Of a DNA stretch of 64,000 bases, positions 18,069 through 27,860 are shown one piece after another. Under the pieces are notes generated by a model. It saw nothing but the letters and a program-made list of their open reading frames with translations. It did not search any database and was not told the origin of the DNA. Numbering within the stretch: the stretch's first letter is position 1; each line of letters opens with the position of its first letter. This stretch comes from an uncultured cyanobacterium (GTDB lineage: Bacteria > Cyanobacteriota > Cyanobacteriia > Cyanobacteriales > CAWCAG01), in contig CAWDOD010000003.1 in NCBI GenBank assembly GCA_963803805.1, forward strand, positions 256,001 through 320,000, in the 5' to 3' direction. The position numbers were made by a program, and so were the translations under genes.

Positions 18069-19742
18069 TTGTCAGGGTCAGAAGCGAATTTGGGGCAGCA
18101 AGAATTGCTCCCTACTCAATTTGATGTTTTAGTGATAGGTGCTGGTGCTGCTGGGCTTTATGCTGCTCTTTGTTTACCAGATAATCTTCAGGTGGGCTTA
18201 ATTACCAAAGATGCCCTACAAACTGGTGCGAGTGAATGGGCCCAAGGTGGAATAGCAGCAGCGATCGCCCCTGAAGATTCTGCTAAGTTTCATTTTGCCG
18301 ATACCCTTAAAGCTGGTGCAGGATTGTGTGATCAAGCAGCCGTTAGTTTTTTGGTGGAAAATGCCCCCAAATGTATTAACTCTCTAGTTGATTTAGGGGT
18401 TGCTTTCGACCGCAAGCAGGGTAAACTTGCTATGACTTTAGAAGCAGCCCATTCTCAACCCCGTGTCCTCCATGCTGCTGATACTACAGGTAAAGCGATT
18501 GTTGGGACTCTCACTAACCGGGTTTTAAGCTGCCCTAACATACAAGTGATTTCCCAAGCTTTCGCTCTAAGTTTGTGGTTAGATCCCCAAACAAATCGTT
18601 GTCAAGGGGTAAGTATCTTATACCAAAAGCGTATCCTCTGGTTGAGATCCCCTAAAGTAATTTTAGCTACTGGAGGAGGGGGTCAAGTTTTTGCTCAAAC
18701 CACCAACCCTGCTGTTAGTACAGGGGATGGGGTAGCCCTAGCTTGGCGTGCTGGGGCTAGGGTTAGGGATTTAGAATTTGTCCAGTTTCATCCCACTGCT
18801 TTAACTAAACGAGGGGCCCCTCGTTTTTTGATTAGCGAAGCAGTACGGGGAGAAGGAGCGCATTTGGTAGACAAAGAGGGTAATCGCTTTGCCTTTGCCT
18901 ACCACCCAGCCGGAGAATTAGCCCCTAGAGATGTGGTTAGCCGGGCTATTTTTAATCACCTCCTAGAAAACTCTGCTAATCCTGCCGATGCTTGTGTCTA
19001 TTTAGATTTGCAACCTATTGAACCAGAAAGGATCAAGTATCGCTTCCCCAACATTATTAAGGTTTGTCGACAGTGGGGCATAGATGTATTTTCTCAACCA
19101 ATTCCCGTTGCCCCTGCTGCCCATTATTGGATGGGAGGTATTGCCGCAGATACCAACAATCAAACCTCTGTTCCCGGATTGTATACCGTAGGAGAAACTG
19201 CGAGTACAGGAGTTCACGGGGCTAATCGTTTAGCAAGTAATTCTTTGTTGGAATGTTTGGTTTTTGCGGCTCAATTAAGCAAAATGAAAGTCGAGGAGCA
19301 TTTATCTTTAACTCCAGAGTTACCAAGTTTAGAAGTTAAAGACAATTGGCATAGCGAAGCGCAGAAAATAACTCAAATTCGACAGCAGCTACCTATTTTG
19401 GTGTGGCAAAGTGCTGGTATCTGCCGTAGGGAGGAAGTTATGGAAGAGGCGATCGCTCAAATTGAGTCTTGGCGCAAAGAGTTTACTAGTTTCAATATGA
19501 GTCAGTATTTGCTGAGTTTACCAGCCAATCAAACGGTAAACTTAGCATCTCAAGAAGCAGAAGCACAACTAAAACTTTTTGCTGAAACCTTAAACTTATT
19601 GGATATTGCCTATTTAATTTTAAAAAGTGCTGTTTTCCGCACTGAAAGTCGAGGGGGGCATTATCGCAGCGACTACCCAAAAACATTACCAGAATGGCAA
19701 GTTCATACTTTGGTACAAGGCGATCGCTGGTGGAAAGCTTAA
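18069..19742 (+). CDS. nadB: L-aspartate oxidase
   Basis: GAGAAG, SEWAQGGIAA, EAAHS, QFHPT, SEAVRGEG, ELAPRDVV, HGANRLASNSL, ESRGGHYRSDYP. Confidence 0.96.
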   Translation: MSGSEANLGQQELLPTQFDVLVIGAGAAGLYAALCLPDNLQVGLITKDALQTGASEWAQGGIAAAIAPEDSAKFHFADTLKAGAGLCDQAAVSFLVENAPKCINSLVDLGVAFDRKQGKLAMTLEAAHSQPRVLHAADTTGKAIVGTLTNRVLSCPNIQVISQAFALSLWLDPQTNRCQGVSILYQKRILWLRSPKVILATGGGGQVFAQTTNPAVSTGDGVALAWRAGARVRDLEFVQFHPTALTKRGAPRFLISEAVRGEGAHLVDKEGNRFAFAYHPAGELAPRDVVSRAIFNHLLENSANPADACVYLDLQPIEPERIKYRFPNIIKVCRQWGIDVFSQPIPVAPAAHYWMGGIAADTNNQTSVPGLYTVGETASTGVHGANRLASNSLLECLVFAAQLSKMKVEEHLSLTPELPSLEVKDNWHSEAQKITQIRQQLPILVWQSAGICRREEVMEEAIAQIESWRKEFTSFNMSQYLLSLPANQTVNLASQEAEAQLKLFAETLNLLDIAYLILKSAVFRTESRGGHYRSDYPKTLPEWQVHTLVQGDRWWKA

Positions 19743-19744
19743 AT

Positions 19745-20098
19745 TCATCTCCTCACCCTACGTTTTGTATCTAGATGCCAGTAAGTAGTGAGAATTCTGG
19801 GATTAGGTAAACCGCCGAAACAAACTACTCGCAGACCTCTTAGGGCATCAGTAAATTGTGAATAAGGAGTATACTTTAAGCTACGGTCATTGAGGGTAAA
19901 AACCGTCGCTCCTTTGTGGAAATGTTTGCGGCCATAGAGCAAAGCAACCTTAATCATTGCTTCATTAATTGCCCTTTGCTGTTTGCGACGCTGGAGGTGG
20001 TTTCTATCTTGTTGGGAACTGGCAATTCTCAAGCTGCCCAGTTTTTTCTGGTTAACATCTCCTGCAATGGCGAGACTGATACGTTTGTGGGTATCCAT
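19745..20098 (-). CDS. small basic protein, DUF4258-like
   Basis: HLQRRKQQRAINEAMIKVALLYG...LRVV...ILTTYW pattern. Confidence 0.5.
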   Translation of the reverse strand: MDTHKRISLAIAGDVNQKKLGSLRIASSQQDRNHLQRRKQQRAINEAMIKVALLYGRKHFHKGATVFTLNDRSLKYTPYSQFTDALRGLRVVCFGGLPNPRILTTYWHLDTKRRVRR

Positions 20099-20411
20099 GA
20101 TTCATACTTGTTCTTAATAATGTGGTTAATTGATTGCTCATAGTTGAGATGAAAAAATCGTGTCTATAGATTATGATTTCTCAAAAAGATGAGAAAAACA
20201 GTAAAAAATAGCAACTTTACTCTTTCTTAACGAGAAAAAGTCCTAGTTATTTAAACTAATTCAATTTTAAAATCCCCTGATTTCCTCAGACTAACTTGCT
20301 ATTAGCCTAATGTCAGTTAGTTTGCTTCCCAAGGAAATAAAGTGTTAATTTTCTTAAAGTTATCTGCCAGAATCTAATTGCTCACTGTTCGGCTTGCCGT
20401 TGCCCTAGGCA

Positions 20412-20918
20412 TTATTGATTAAACCAGGCTGTTAATGCTATAGCTAAAGCATCTGCTGCATCATCTGGTTTAGGTACATAGTTCAATTCTAATTCTCTGG
20501 CTACTGCTTCTTGAACTTCAGATTTATTAGCATTGCCATATCCAGTTAATGCCTGTTTAATTTGGGCAGGGGTAAATTCTACATAGGGAAGATTATGTTG
20601 TGCCACAACTAACATAACAACCCCCCTAGCTTGGGCAACATTAATCGTACTACTCATGCGGTAGAAGAATAATTTTTCTATAGCTACTAGATCCGGATGT
20701 ACCTCTTGTAGCAATGTATTGAGGTCATTGTATATAGTAGAAAGCCTATCTCCCATGGGAGTTTTAGCTTTTGTCTCAATAATGCCAAAATCTAGTAACT
20801 TAATAGTCTCAGGGATATAATTACCAATTTTTGTTCTTGTTTCTACTATGGGACAGCTAATCGTACCAAATCCCACGGTGGCTATGCCGGGATCAATACC
20901 TAAAATTTGCTTTTCCAT
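20412..20918 (-). CDS. ruvC: Holliday junction resolvase
   Basis: [35 protein letters not shown]. Confidence 0.96.
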   Translation of the reverse strand: MEKQILGIDPGIATVGFGTISCPIVETRTKIGNYIPETIKLLDFGIIETKAKTPMGDRLSTIYNDLNTLLQEVHPDLVAIEKLFFYRMSSTINVAQARGVVMLVVAQHNLPYVEFTPAQIKQALTGYGNANKSEVQEAVARELELNYVPKPDDAADALAIALTAWFNQ

Positions 20919-21169
20919 TAAGTACGTGGTTGATAGTTGTTTAGTTTTGGGTTAGGCATTTTTCTTTATTACAAGTTAAGTTGTTTTGATTACATCCCAA
21001 ATTATGGGAAAACTGTATGTTCGATAGCAATTGTGTCCTATTTTCTCCCATCTATGGCAACCTTAATTCTATTAGCTTCTCTAAATTCATGTTCTGATCT
21101 TTAGCTCTTTCTTGCCTTTTTCTTCCAGAAGTCAAGTAATCCCTTTTATTTATTGTTCAGTCAATTACT

Positions 21170-22561
21170 ATGTTAGTCAGTCCATTCAAACAAGCTTTAC
21201 GTACAATCAAGCCTCAAATACGCAATCTGGCAGATGCACAGCGTCGAACCTCTCCTCGTCTTAATCGTTGGTTTAAATGGCTAGCACCGGGATTGTTAGT
21301 AAAGCGCTGGTTATTAGTTAGCGCAACAGGGGTTTTACTGACAAGTTTAGGGTTAGCTATTTGGGTTAAGCTTACACCCATTTATTATTTAATTGATTTA
21401 ACTTCTAGATGCCTAGAAGCTTTAGCTAAAGTTCTTCCTAGCTACGTGTCAGGGCCTTTGGCTATTCTATCAGGTTTATTCTTGGTTTTTTGGGGACAAA
21501 CTCGCACTATGGGTTCGATTACGAAAGTTCTTAAGCCAGAAAATGATGAAGAGTTAATTGATGTTTTGATGGCCCATCGCCGCTTGAAACGAGGGGCCAA
21601 AATCGTGACTGTTGGTGGTGGTACGGGGCTTTCTACTTTATTGAGGGGTCTAAAGGAGTATAGTGCTAATATCACAGCTATTGTTACTGTAGCTGATGAT
21701 GGTGGTTCTTCAGGAAGACTACGCCGGGAGATTGGAGTTTTGCCACCAGGGGATATTCGCAACTGTGTGGCTGCTTTGGCTGATGAAGAAAAACTCTTAA
21801 CGGAACTTTTCCAATATCGTTTCCAAGCCGGGGATGGTTTAACTGGCCATAGTTTTGGTAACTTGTTTCTGACCGCTATGAGTGAAATTGCTGGAGACTT
21901 AGAACAGGCGATCGCTGCTAGTTCTAAAGTTTTGGCGGTTAAAGGTAGAGTTTTGCCCGCTACTTTGAGTGATGTTAGGTTGTGGGCGCAATTAAATGAT
22001 GGCAGAGTCATAGAAGGGGAATCAAATATTACTGAAGCTGGGGGGCAAATTTGTAAAATCGGTTGCCGTCCTGCCGATCCCCCTGCCCTTCCTGCTGCAA
22101 TTAAGGCTATTGAGGAAGCAGAGTGTATTATTATGGGGCCTGGTAGTCTTTATACCAGCGTTATTCCGAACCTATTGGTTCCTGAAATTCGTAGCGCCAT
22201 CGCTCTTAGTAAGGCTCCTCGCATCTACGTTTGCAACATTATGACTCAACCAGGAGAAACGGAAGGTTATAGCGTTGCTGATCATATCCGAGCAATTGAT
22301 GAAATTTGTGGCCAACGTCTATTTGATGCTGTTGTGGTACATCGCAAGTCTCCCTCAGCCCATACTTTAATTAGGTATGCTCAACAAAACTCTCATCCTG
22401 TATTTCTTGATCGCGAAGATGTGACTAAATTAGGTCGTCGCATCGTTTCTGCCAACATTATGGATGAAAATGAAGAAACAGGTTACGTGCGCCATGATTC
22501 CCACCGGTTAGCTAAGGTTTTATTACGTTGGTATGGGGCTACTCATGGGTTTAAGTTTTAG
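21170..22561 (+). CDS. yvcK: YvcK/GlmR family (UDP-GlcNAc-binding) protein with N-terminal TM helices
   Basis: [47 protein letters not shown]. Confidence 0.92.
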   Translation: MLVSPFKQALRTIKPQIRNLADAQRRTSPRLNRWFKWLAPGLLVKRWLLVSATGVLLTSLGLAIWVKLTPIYYLIDLTSRCLEALAKVLPSYVSGPLAILSGLFLVFWGQTRTMGSITKVLKPENDEELIDVLMAHRRLKRGAKIVTVGGGTGLSTLLRGLKEYSANITAIVTVADDGGSSGRLRREIGVLPPGDIRNCVAALADEEKLLTELFQYRFQAGDGLTGHSFGNLFLTAMSEIAGDLEQAIAASSKVLAVKGRVLPATLSDVRLWAQLNDGRVIEGESNITEAGGQICKIGCRPADPPALPAAIKAIEEAECIIMGPGSLYTSVIPNLLVPEIRSAIALSKAPRIYVCNIMTQPGETEGYSVADHIRAIDEICGQRLFDAVVVHRKSPSAHTLIRYAQQNSHPVFLDREDVTKLGRRIVSANIMDENEETGYVRHDSHRLAKVLLRWYGATHGFKF

Positions 22562-22596
22562 AAAAAGGAACGGCAGGCAAAGCCGTACAATTATCA

Positions 22597-23583
22597 ATGT
22601 CCTTCAAGTTATTGCTTCTGAGTTGTACCACTTTCTATCAAATAGTTAGCTGCTTGCTTGAAGCAAGGCAGTTGCCCCCCGGAGAACTTATTGATATAGG
22701 TGGATACTGTTTGCATTTAGTTGTTGCTGGGAAAGCTCAAGAAGGTCAACCTACCATCGTTTTAGATCATAGTTTAGGGGGTGTAGAAGGCTATTTGTTA
22801 CAAGAAAAATTGGCAGAGTTAGGGCAAGTTTGTATTTATGATCGCGCTGGCTATGGTTGGAGTGATTCTAGCCCAGAAATGAGAACTAGCGATCGCCTTG
22901 TTACGGAATTAGATACACTGCTGACTAAGGCTATGATTGCACCGCCCTATATTTTGATAGGAGATTCTTTTGGTAGTTACAACGCTAGACTCTATGGCCA
23001 GAGATTTCCTCAAAAGGTAGTAGGAATAGTACTTACAGATGGACTTCACGAAAGTGCAATGTTGCAGATGCCTTTTGCTTTACGAGGGTTACAGTACTTT
23101 TTTATTTCCGGTTTTCTGATGTCTATTTTAGGTTCGGCTTTAGGTATTATTCGGTTTTTAAAAACTATGGGGGTGTTTGAGTTACTTAAACCGGAGTTAC
23201 GCCAGTTTTTCTACAAAGATGTAGAGGTGGTGAAGCGCTCTTTTTGTCGCCCTAAACATTGGCTAACTATGAGTCGAGAACTTTTCTGTCTACAAAGAAG
23301 CGGGCATCAAGCCAAGATGGCTCAACAGTTTAGAGATTTACCAATAGTTAATATCAAAGCTAATTCGTTTTTTAAACCATCCCTTTGGACAAGATTTATT
23401 CCTTTAGCTACTGCTAATCAATTAAGGGAAAGAATGCATGAAGAATTACTTAAACTTTCCACCGAATGCCAACAACTTCAAGCCAGCAAAAGCAGTCATT
23501 TTGTTTGGGTAGATGAACCCCAGATTATTGTTGAGGCAGTGAAGATTATTTTGAATAAAATACAGGAAAGTGACTTATCCTAG
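22597..23583 (+). CDS. alpha/beta fold hydrolase
   Basis: YDRAGYGWS, GDSFG nucleophile elbow, SSHFVW. Confidence 0.88.
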   Translation: MSFKLLLLSCTTFYQIVSCLLEARQLPPGELIDIGGYCLHLVVAGKAQEGQPTIVLDHSLGGVEGYLLQEKLAELGQVCIYDRAGYGWSDSSPEMRTSDRLVTELDTLLTKAMIAPPYILIGDSFGSYNARLYGQRFPQKVVGIVLTDGLHESAMLQMPFALRGLQYFFISGFLMSILGSALGIIRFLKTMGVFELLKPELRQFFYKDVEVVKRSFCRPKHWLTMSRELFCLQRSGHQAKMAQQFRDLPIVNIKANSFFKPSLWTRFIPLATANQLRERMHEELLKLSTECQQLQASKSSHFVWVDEPQIIVEAVKIILNKIQESDLS

Positions 23584-23588
23584 TGAAA

Positions 23589-23633
23589 GTAGGGTGGGCA
23601 AAAATAGTAGAGTGGTTATTTGTTCACATCCCC
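23589..23633 (+). repeat. GTAG REP-like element, family B (degenerate)
   Basis: GTAGGGTGGGCAAA...TTTGTTCAC, 5 bp after the hydrolase stop. Confidence 0.5.
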
Positions 23634-23649
23634 AATAAAATTGCTATAA

Positions 23650-24510
23650 ATGACATTACTGCCACCATTTTTACTGCTAGATAGATTGTTACAAGACTGG
23701 TTATTAGAGGATATTGGTAGGGGCGATCGCGCTACCCAAAGCTTAGTTGCTAGTTCTCAAACTGTTAAAGCCCAGTGGATTGCTAAAGAAGTTGGAGTTA
23801 TTGCCGGATTGCCCATTGCCGCAAGGGTTTTTCAATTACTTAACAACCAGGTAAACTTCACAGCTACAGTGCCAGAGGGTCAACATTGTGATTCTTCAGG
23901 ACAGTTAATTGCTACCATTGAAGGGCCTCTTGAGGCCCTTTTAACAGGAGAACGAGTTGCTCTTAATTTAGCAATGCGATTAAGCGGTATTGCCACCATG
24001 ACTCAGAAATATGTAGCTGAGATTGCTGATTTGCCAACTCAATTTGTGGATACTCGTAAGACAACACCAGGATTGAGATTGTTAGAAAAGTATGCCACTC
24101 AGGTGGGGGGTGGTGTTAACCAACGTTTGGGGTTAGATGATAGCGTCATTATTAAAGATAATCATATTGCCGTAGCAGGAAGTATTGGTCAAGCAATTAC
24201 TCAGGTTCGTTCTCATCTTCCTTATCCCCTCACTATTGAAGTTGAGACAGAAAATTTAGACCAGGTGAAAGAAGTCTTAGAATATGAAGTAGAGGCGATT
24301 ATGTTAGATAATATGCCTGTGGAGATGATGAAACAAGCGATCGCCATAATTAGAGATCAAAACCAGAGAATTAAAATCGAAGCCTCCGGAAACGTCAATC
24401 TCAAAACCATCCGTACCATAGCAGAAACGGGAGTAGATTATATTTCTAGCAGTGCGCCAATTACTCGTTCAACTTGGTTGGATTTAAGTATGAAAATGAG
24501 TAAAAATTAA
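23650..24510 (+). CDS. nadC: nicotinate-nucleotide pyrophosphorylase (carboxylating)
   Basis: GERVALN, DTRKTTPG, IKDNH, EVETE, MLDNM, EASG. Confidence 0.96.
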   Translation: MTLLPPFLLLDRLLQDWLLEDIGRGDRATQSLVASSQTVKAQWIAKEVGVIAGLPIAARVFQLLNNQVNFTATVPEGQHCDSSGQLIATIEGPLEALLTGERVALNLAMRLSGIATMTQKYVAEIADLPTQFVDTRKTTPGLRLLEKYATQVGGGVNQRLGLDDSVIIKDNHIAVAGSIGQAITQVRSHLPYPLTIEVETENLDQVKEVLEYEVEAIMLDNMPVEMMKQAIAIIRDQNQRIKIEASGNVNLKTIRTIAETGVDYISSSAPITRSTWLDLSMKMSKN

Positions 24511-24565
24511 AAGTTAAACTGTTACCTAGAACCATCGCCCATTACTTATTATCTCTTGCCTTTTA

Positions 24566-25552
24566 ATGATGAGAAATCTTTACTTCCTTCTGCCTGGAAC
24601 AACAAAAAAGTTTGGTGGCGGTGGACTTTGGGCAGAGATGAAAACTGTCAATTTAGCTAGGCAAATCTGCCCAGTACAAATTGTAACTTATCGACAGCGA
24701 GAAGATAATTATCCTTTCTTAACCGAGGTTCTTAAAAAGCCCCATTTAGAAGATAGTATTTTCTGTGTTAGTTGGGGTTTTGATGTGCCGAAGTTAGTAG
24801 CTAAGCTTCAAGATTATAATTTAATCTATCATGCCCACAGCGCTAATTATGGGTTCAATCTACCTGCTAATATCCCAATTCTTACTGTAAGCCGTAACAC
24901 TATGGGTTATTGGGGACAAAAATCACCTAATAGTTTAATTTACTATTTACCTAATCAAATTGGTGAGGAATTTTGTAACCTGCAAAAAACAAGGGATATT
25001 GATGTTTTAGTGCAAGTTCGTAAGTCTTCGGAATATTTATTAAGCCAACTAGTTCCTGCTTTAAAATCCCGTTGTCGTCTTCAACTTCTTGAGGGATTTG
25101 TAGAGGATTTAGCCGGATTATTTAATGGTAGTAAAGTTTACCTTTATGACTCCGCAGAATATTGGGCAACAAACGGAGTTACAGAAGGTTTTGGTTTGCC
25201 CCCCTTAGAAGCCCTCGCTTGTGGTTGTCAGGTATTTTCTAGCGTCAATAGCGCTTTAGCTGATTATCTTGATCCTGGCTTTAATTGCCATAAAATTGCT
25301 GGCTATTCCTTAGAATATGATTTACAACGCATTCTCGCTGTGGTTAACTCTTCTCAAACTCAGGAACTACCAGCATCATTTTGGTCTATGTATCGTAGTG
25401 AAACCTTGGTAAAAAGATTGGAGGTGATTTTAACAGAAATAAATCACTTTTTTGATAGTAATAAAACTAAACAAACAATAATTCGAGGACTAAGTAAGAG
25501 GCGTTTGCAAAAGTTGTGGTTACAGCAAAAGCTGGCTAAGTTACTTAAATAA
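24566..25552 (+). CDS. GT-B glycosyltransferase (family 4-like)
   Basis: FGGGG, EGFGLPPLEALACG. Confidence 0.85.
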   Translation: MMRNLYFLLPGTTKKFGGGGLWAEMKTVNLARQICPVQIVTYRQREDNYPFLTEVLKKPHLEDSIFCVSWGFDVPKLVAKLQDYNLIYHAHSANYGFNLPANIPILTVSRNTMGYWGQKSPNSLIYYLPNQIGEEFCNLQKTRDIDVLVQVRKSSEYLLSQLVPALKSRCRLQLLEGFVEDLAGLFNGSKVYLYDSAEYWATNGVTEGFGLPPLEALACGCQVFSSVNSALADYLDPGFNCHKIAGYSLEYDLQRILAVVNSSQTQELPASFWSMYRSETLVKRLEVILTEINHFFDSNKTKQTIIRGLSKRRLQKLWLQQKLAKLLK

Positions 25553-25566
25553 TTGATTTCTTAATT

Positions 25567-25764
25567 CTAAATATCTTTTTGCTTCTGCTTAAAACGCCAG
25601 TAATAAAACACATAAGCTAATGCGAAAAGTTGTACCGGAACAATAGTAAGATAGTTCCTGATAATAGGGTTAATTTCTAAGCTAGAGAAGGTTAAAAAAT
25701 AGCCCATACCTAGCAAAACAAAAAAGACAGATAAAATAGTTTTTTTCGTTTTCGACTTAAGCAT
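25567..25764 (-). CDS. small two-TM hypothetical protein
   Basis: 65 aa, two hydrophobic segments, GGAGG upstream. Confidence 0.6.
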   Translation of the reverse strand: MLKSKTKKTILSVFFVLLGMGYFLTFSSLEINPIIRNYLTIVPVQLFALAYVFYYWRFKQKQKDI

Positions 25765-25803
25765 AACTATATTGTTAACACCTCCTCAATTACTAAATCA
25801 ACT

Positions 25804-26070
25804 TTAGAACCAACCTTTTTTATTGAGCATATACATTTGAAAAAACTCTTCATCAGTTTTAGTCAGATAAACAATACCTTCTGCTAAACCAATAACTCCC
25901 ATAACCACACCACCAGTGCCACAGGTTAGGAGAGTGATTAACAACATAACCACACCTTCGTTAGTGTAACCTAAAATAAATTTGTGAATGCCTAGCGCCC
26001 CTAAGAGAATGCCGCAAATTCCAGCAGCCGTCTTTTTACTATTGGCTTCGCTTAGATTCGGTTCTATCAT
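25804..26070 (-). CDS. TM2 domain protein
   Basis: KKTAAGICGILLGALGIHKFILG...EGIVYLTKTDEEF. Confidence 0.9.
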   Translation of the reverse strand: MIEPNLSEANSKKTAAGICGILLGALGIHKFILGYTNEGVVMLLITLLTCGTGGVVMGVIGLAEGIVYLTKTDEEFFQMYMLNKKGWF

Positions 26071-26200
26071 AGTTAATATTCCTAACTAGCTTGACTTTAA
26101 TATTATAGCTAATGCTTAGAGTCAGCTATGGCTAACATCTCATTTATAATGCCCAAGGTTCCCAAAAAAATCCAGATATGTAAAGCTTCCCTAAGAGATA

Positions 26201-26323
26201 AGCTGATGTGCATTTAAACTGTGTATTACTCAACTAGGAAATAAGCCCTAAAATCCTCCCCCCATCTCCCTATCTCCCTATCTCCCCATCAAACCTAATA
26301 AGTAAGTTAAATGCCTGACAGCT
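26201..26323 (-). mobile_element. MITE copy 2 (123 bp), TA-flanked
   Basis: Reverse complement of 15100-15198 plus 24 bp of three extra ATCTCCC(T/C) units; TA on both sides. Confidence 0.8.
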
Positions 26324-26379
26324 TAGATTAATAAACTAATAGCTAAAAGCCAAAAAATATCAGTTTAAATTGTTGCCAA

Positions 26380-27162
26380 TTAACTAGAAGCGCTTGTATA
26401 AAAACGCAGAGCAAATCCCCAAAAAACCTTAGAAATCATTAACAAAATAAATGCTAATATACCTGCGCCAAGAAACCAAATAAATTCTCCTTTTCCTAAC
26501 ATAGCTTGGGCAGGAACAGTAGTTAGAAAAGCCACAGGAACCACAAAAGTAAAAAAGAGGCGATAGATAGCAGGATAGGCGACTAAAGGATAGCGCCCTG
26601 CTTCTAAGAAACCACGCAATACTTCTGTGACATTATAAATTTTTACAAACCAAACGCTAGTAGTCCCTAACATAAACCAAAGACTATAAAGAATCATCAA
26701 ACCAAAAAGTAAAGGCACTAGACTTAATAAATAATCACCCCAAGACAAACTTAAGCGTATTCCGGCATAAATAATAATTGCCCAACCAAACAATAAATCT
26801 GGTATTCCCCAAGGAGAAACCATTCTCGTTGAGAGCCAAAATTGACTGCTAATGGGCTTAAGGAGAATAAAGTCTAAAGTGCCTTGTTCAACTTGCTTGA
26901 CAATACGGTTAAGGTTCGGTACTAAAAACGTCGTAGAAAAACCTTGCAAAATAGTAAAAACCCCCAAAACAATTAAGGCTTCTTCCCAACTCCAACCCTC
27001 AAATTCATAACCAGTACGATAAAATAGAAAAAGACTAAATAAGTTACCTGCTAAACCGCCTAAACTACTCAAAGCGGCGATGAGAAAATTGAGACGATAT
27101 TCCAACTCTGCTGCGATCGCAGTTGTCCAAAATAAAATCAGCACCTTAAAATATTTGTTCAT
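26380..27162 (-). CDS. ABC-2 type transporter permease (DUF990-like)
   Basis: LEYRLNF, GWSWEE, GTLDFILLKP, RYP..AYP, PVAFLTTVPA; six TM segments. Confidence 0.88.
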   Translation of the reverse strand: MNKYFKVLILFWTTAIAAELEYRLNFLIAALSSLGGLAGNLFSLFLFYRTGYEFEGWSWEEALIVLGVFTILQGFSTTFLVPNLNRIVKQVEQGTLDFILLKPISSQFWLSTRMVSPWGIPDLLFGWAIIIYAGIRLSLSWGDYLLSLVPLLFGLMILYSLWFMLGTTSVWFVKIYNVTEVLRGFLEAGRYPLVAYPAIYRLFFTFVVPVAFLTTVPAQAMLGKGEFIWFLGAGILAFILLMISKVFWGFALRFYTSASS

Positions 27163-27331
27163 TCAACACCCCAGCCCCAGACTAATATCTCAATTTTCAC
27201 CATTTTCGGCGTAATTGTGTACCCTGTGCTGATATAAGATGGGACTATATGGAAAAAAAAATAAACTTATAGAGGGACTATCAATAGTTTCTCTCAAGTT
27301 TTGAGCAAAGTTGTTAGGAGAAATAAGTTTG

Positions 27332-27766
27332 ATGAAAAAATTGTTTAGTTTGCTAGCTGCACTCATTCTGACAGTTAGCTCTTTTTGTCTATTCGGGCAA
27401 CAACCAGCCCAGGCAGTTGATTTGAGTGGTTTAACCTGGCAATCATCTCCGATTTTAGCGATGGATCTAGACGTTGAGCGTCGCAATCCTGCTGATGCTA
27501 AACTAGCTAGTGATTATGGTCAAAAAATTGATCTAAACAATGCTAACGTACGTTCTTTTCGCGATTTACGAGGATTCTATCCTACTTTAGCCGCCAAAAT
27601 CGCTCGTAATGGCCCTTATGAAAAAGTAGAAGATGTTCTCAATATCCCTGGATTAAGTGAACGTTTAAAGTCTCGCCTACAAGCTAATTTAGATAAATTC
27701 ACTGTAACTAAGCCTTCTGATGCTTTTAATCAAGAAGCAAATCGCTTTAATAATGGCGAATATTAA
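27332..27766 (+). CDS. psbU: photosystem II 12 kDa extrinsic protein
   Basis: Signal peptide; RRNPADAKL, KIDLNNANVR, GFYPTLA, PYEKVEDVLNIPGLS, RFNNGEY; AGGAG upstream. Confidence 0.95.
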   Translation: MKKLFSLLAALILTVSSFCLFGQQPAQAVDLSGLTWQSSPILAMDLDVERRNPADAKLASDYGQKIDLNNANVRSFRDLRGFYPTLAAKIARNGPYEKVEDVLNIPGLSERLKSRLQANLDKFTVTKPSDAFNQEANRFNNGEY

Positions 27767-27828
27767 TCTTAAAGTTTAGTCATTACAAAAATCTTTGGTG
27801 CTACTAAAACTAATTAGCACTCAATACT

Positions 27829-27854
27829 AACCCATCTTCATCAGGGGATGGGTT
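27829..27854. terminator. hairpin between convergent psbU and TPR-CHAT genes
   Basis: AACCCATC...GATGGGTT inverted repeat. Confidence 0.55.
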
Positions 27855-27860
27855 AAGTTG

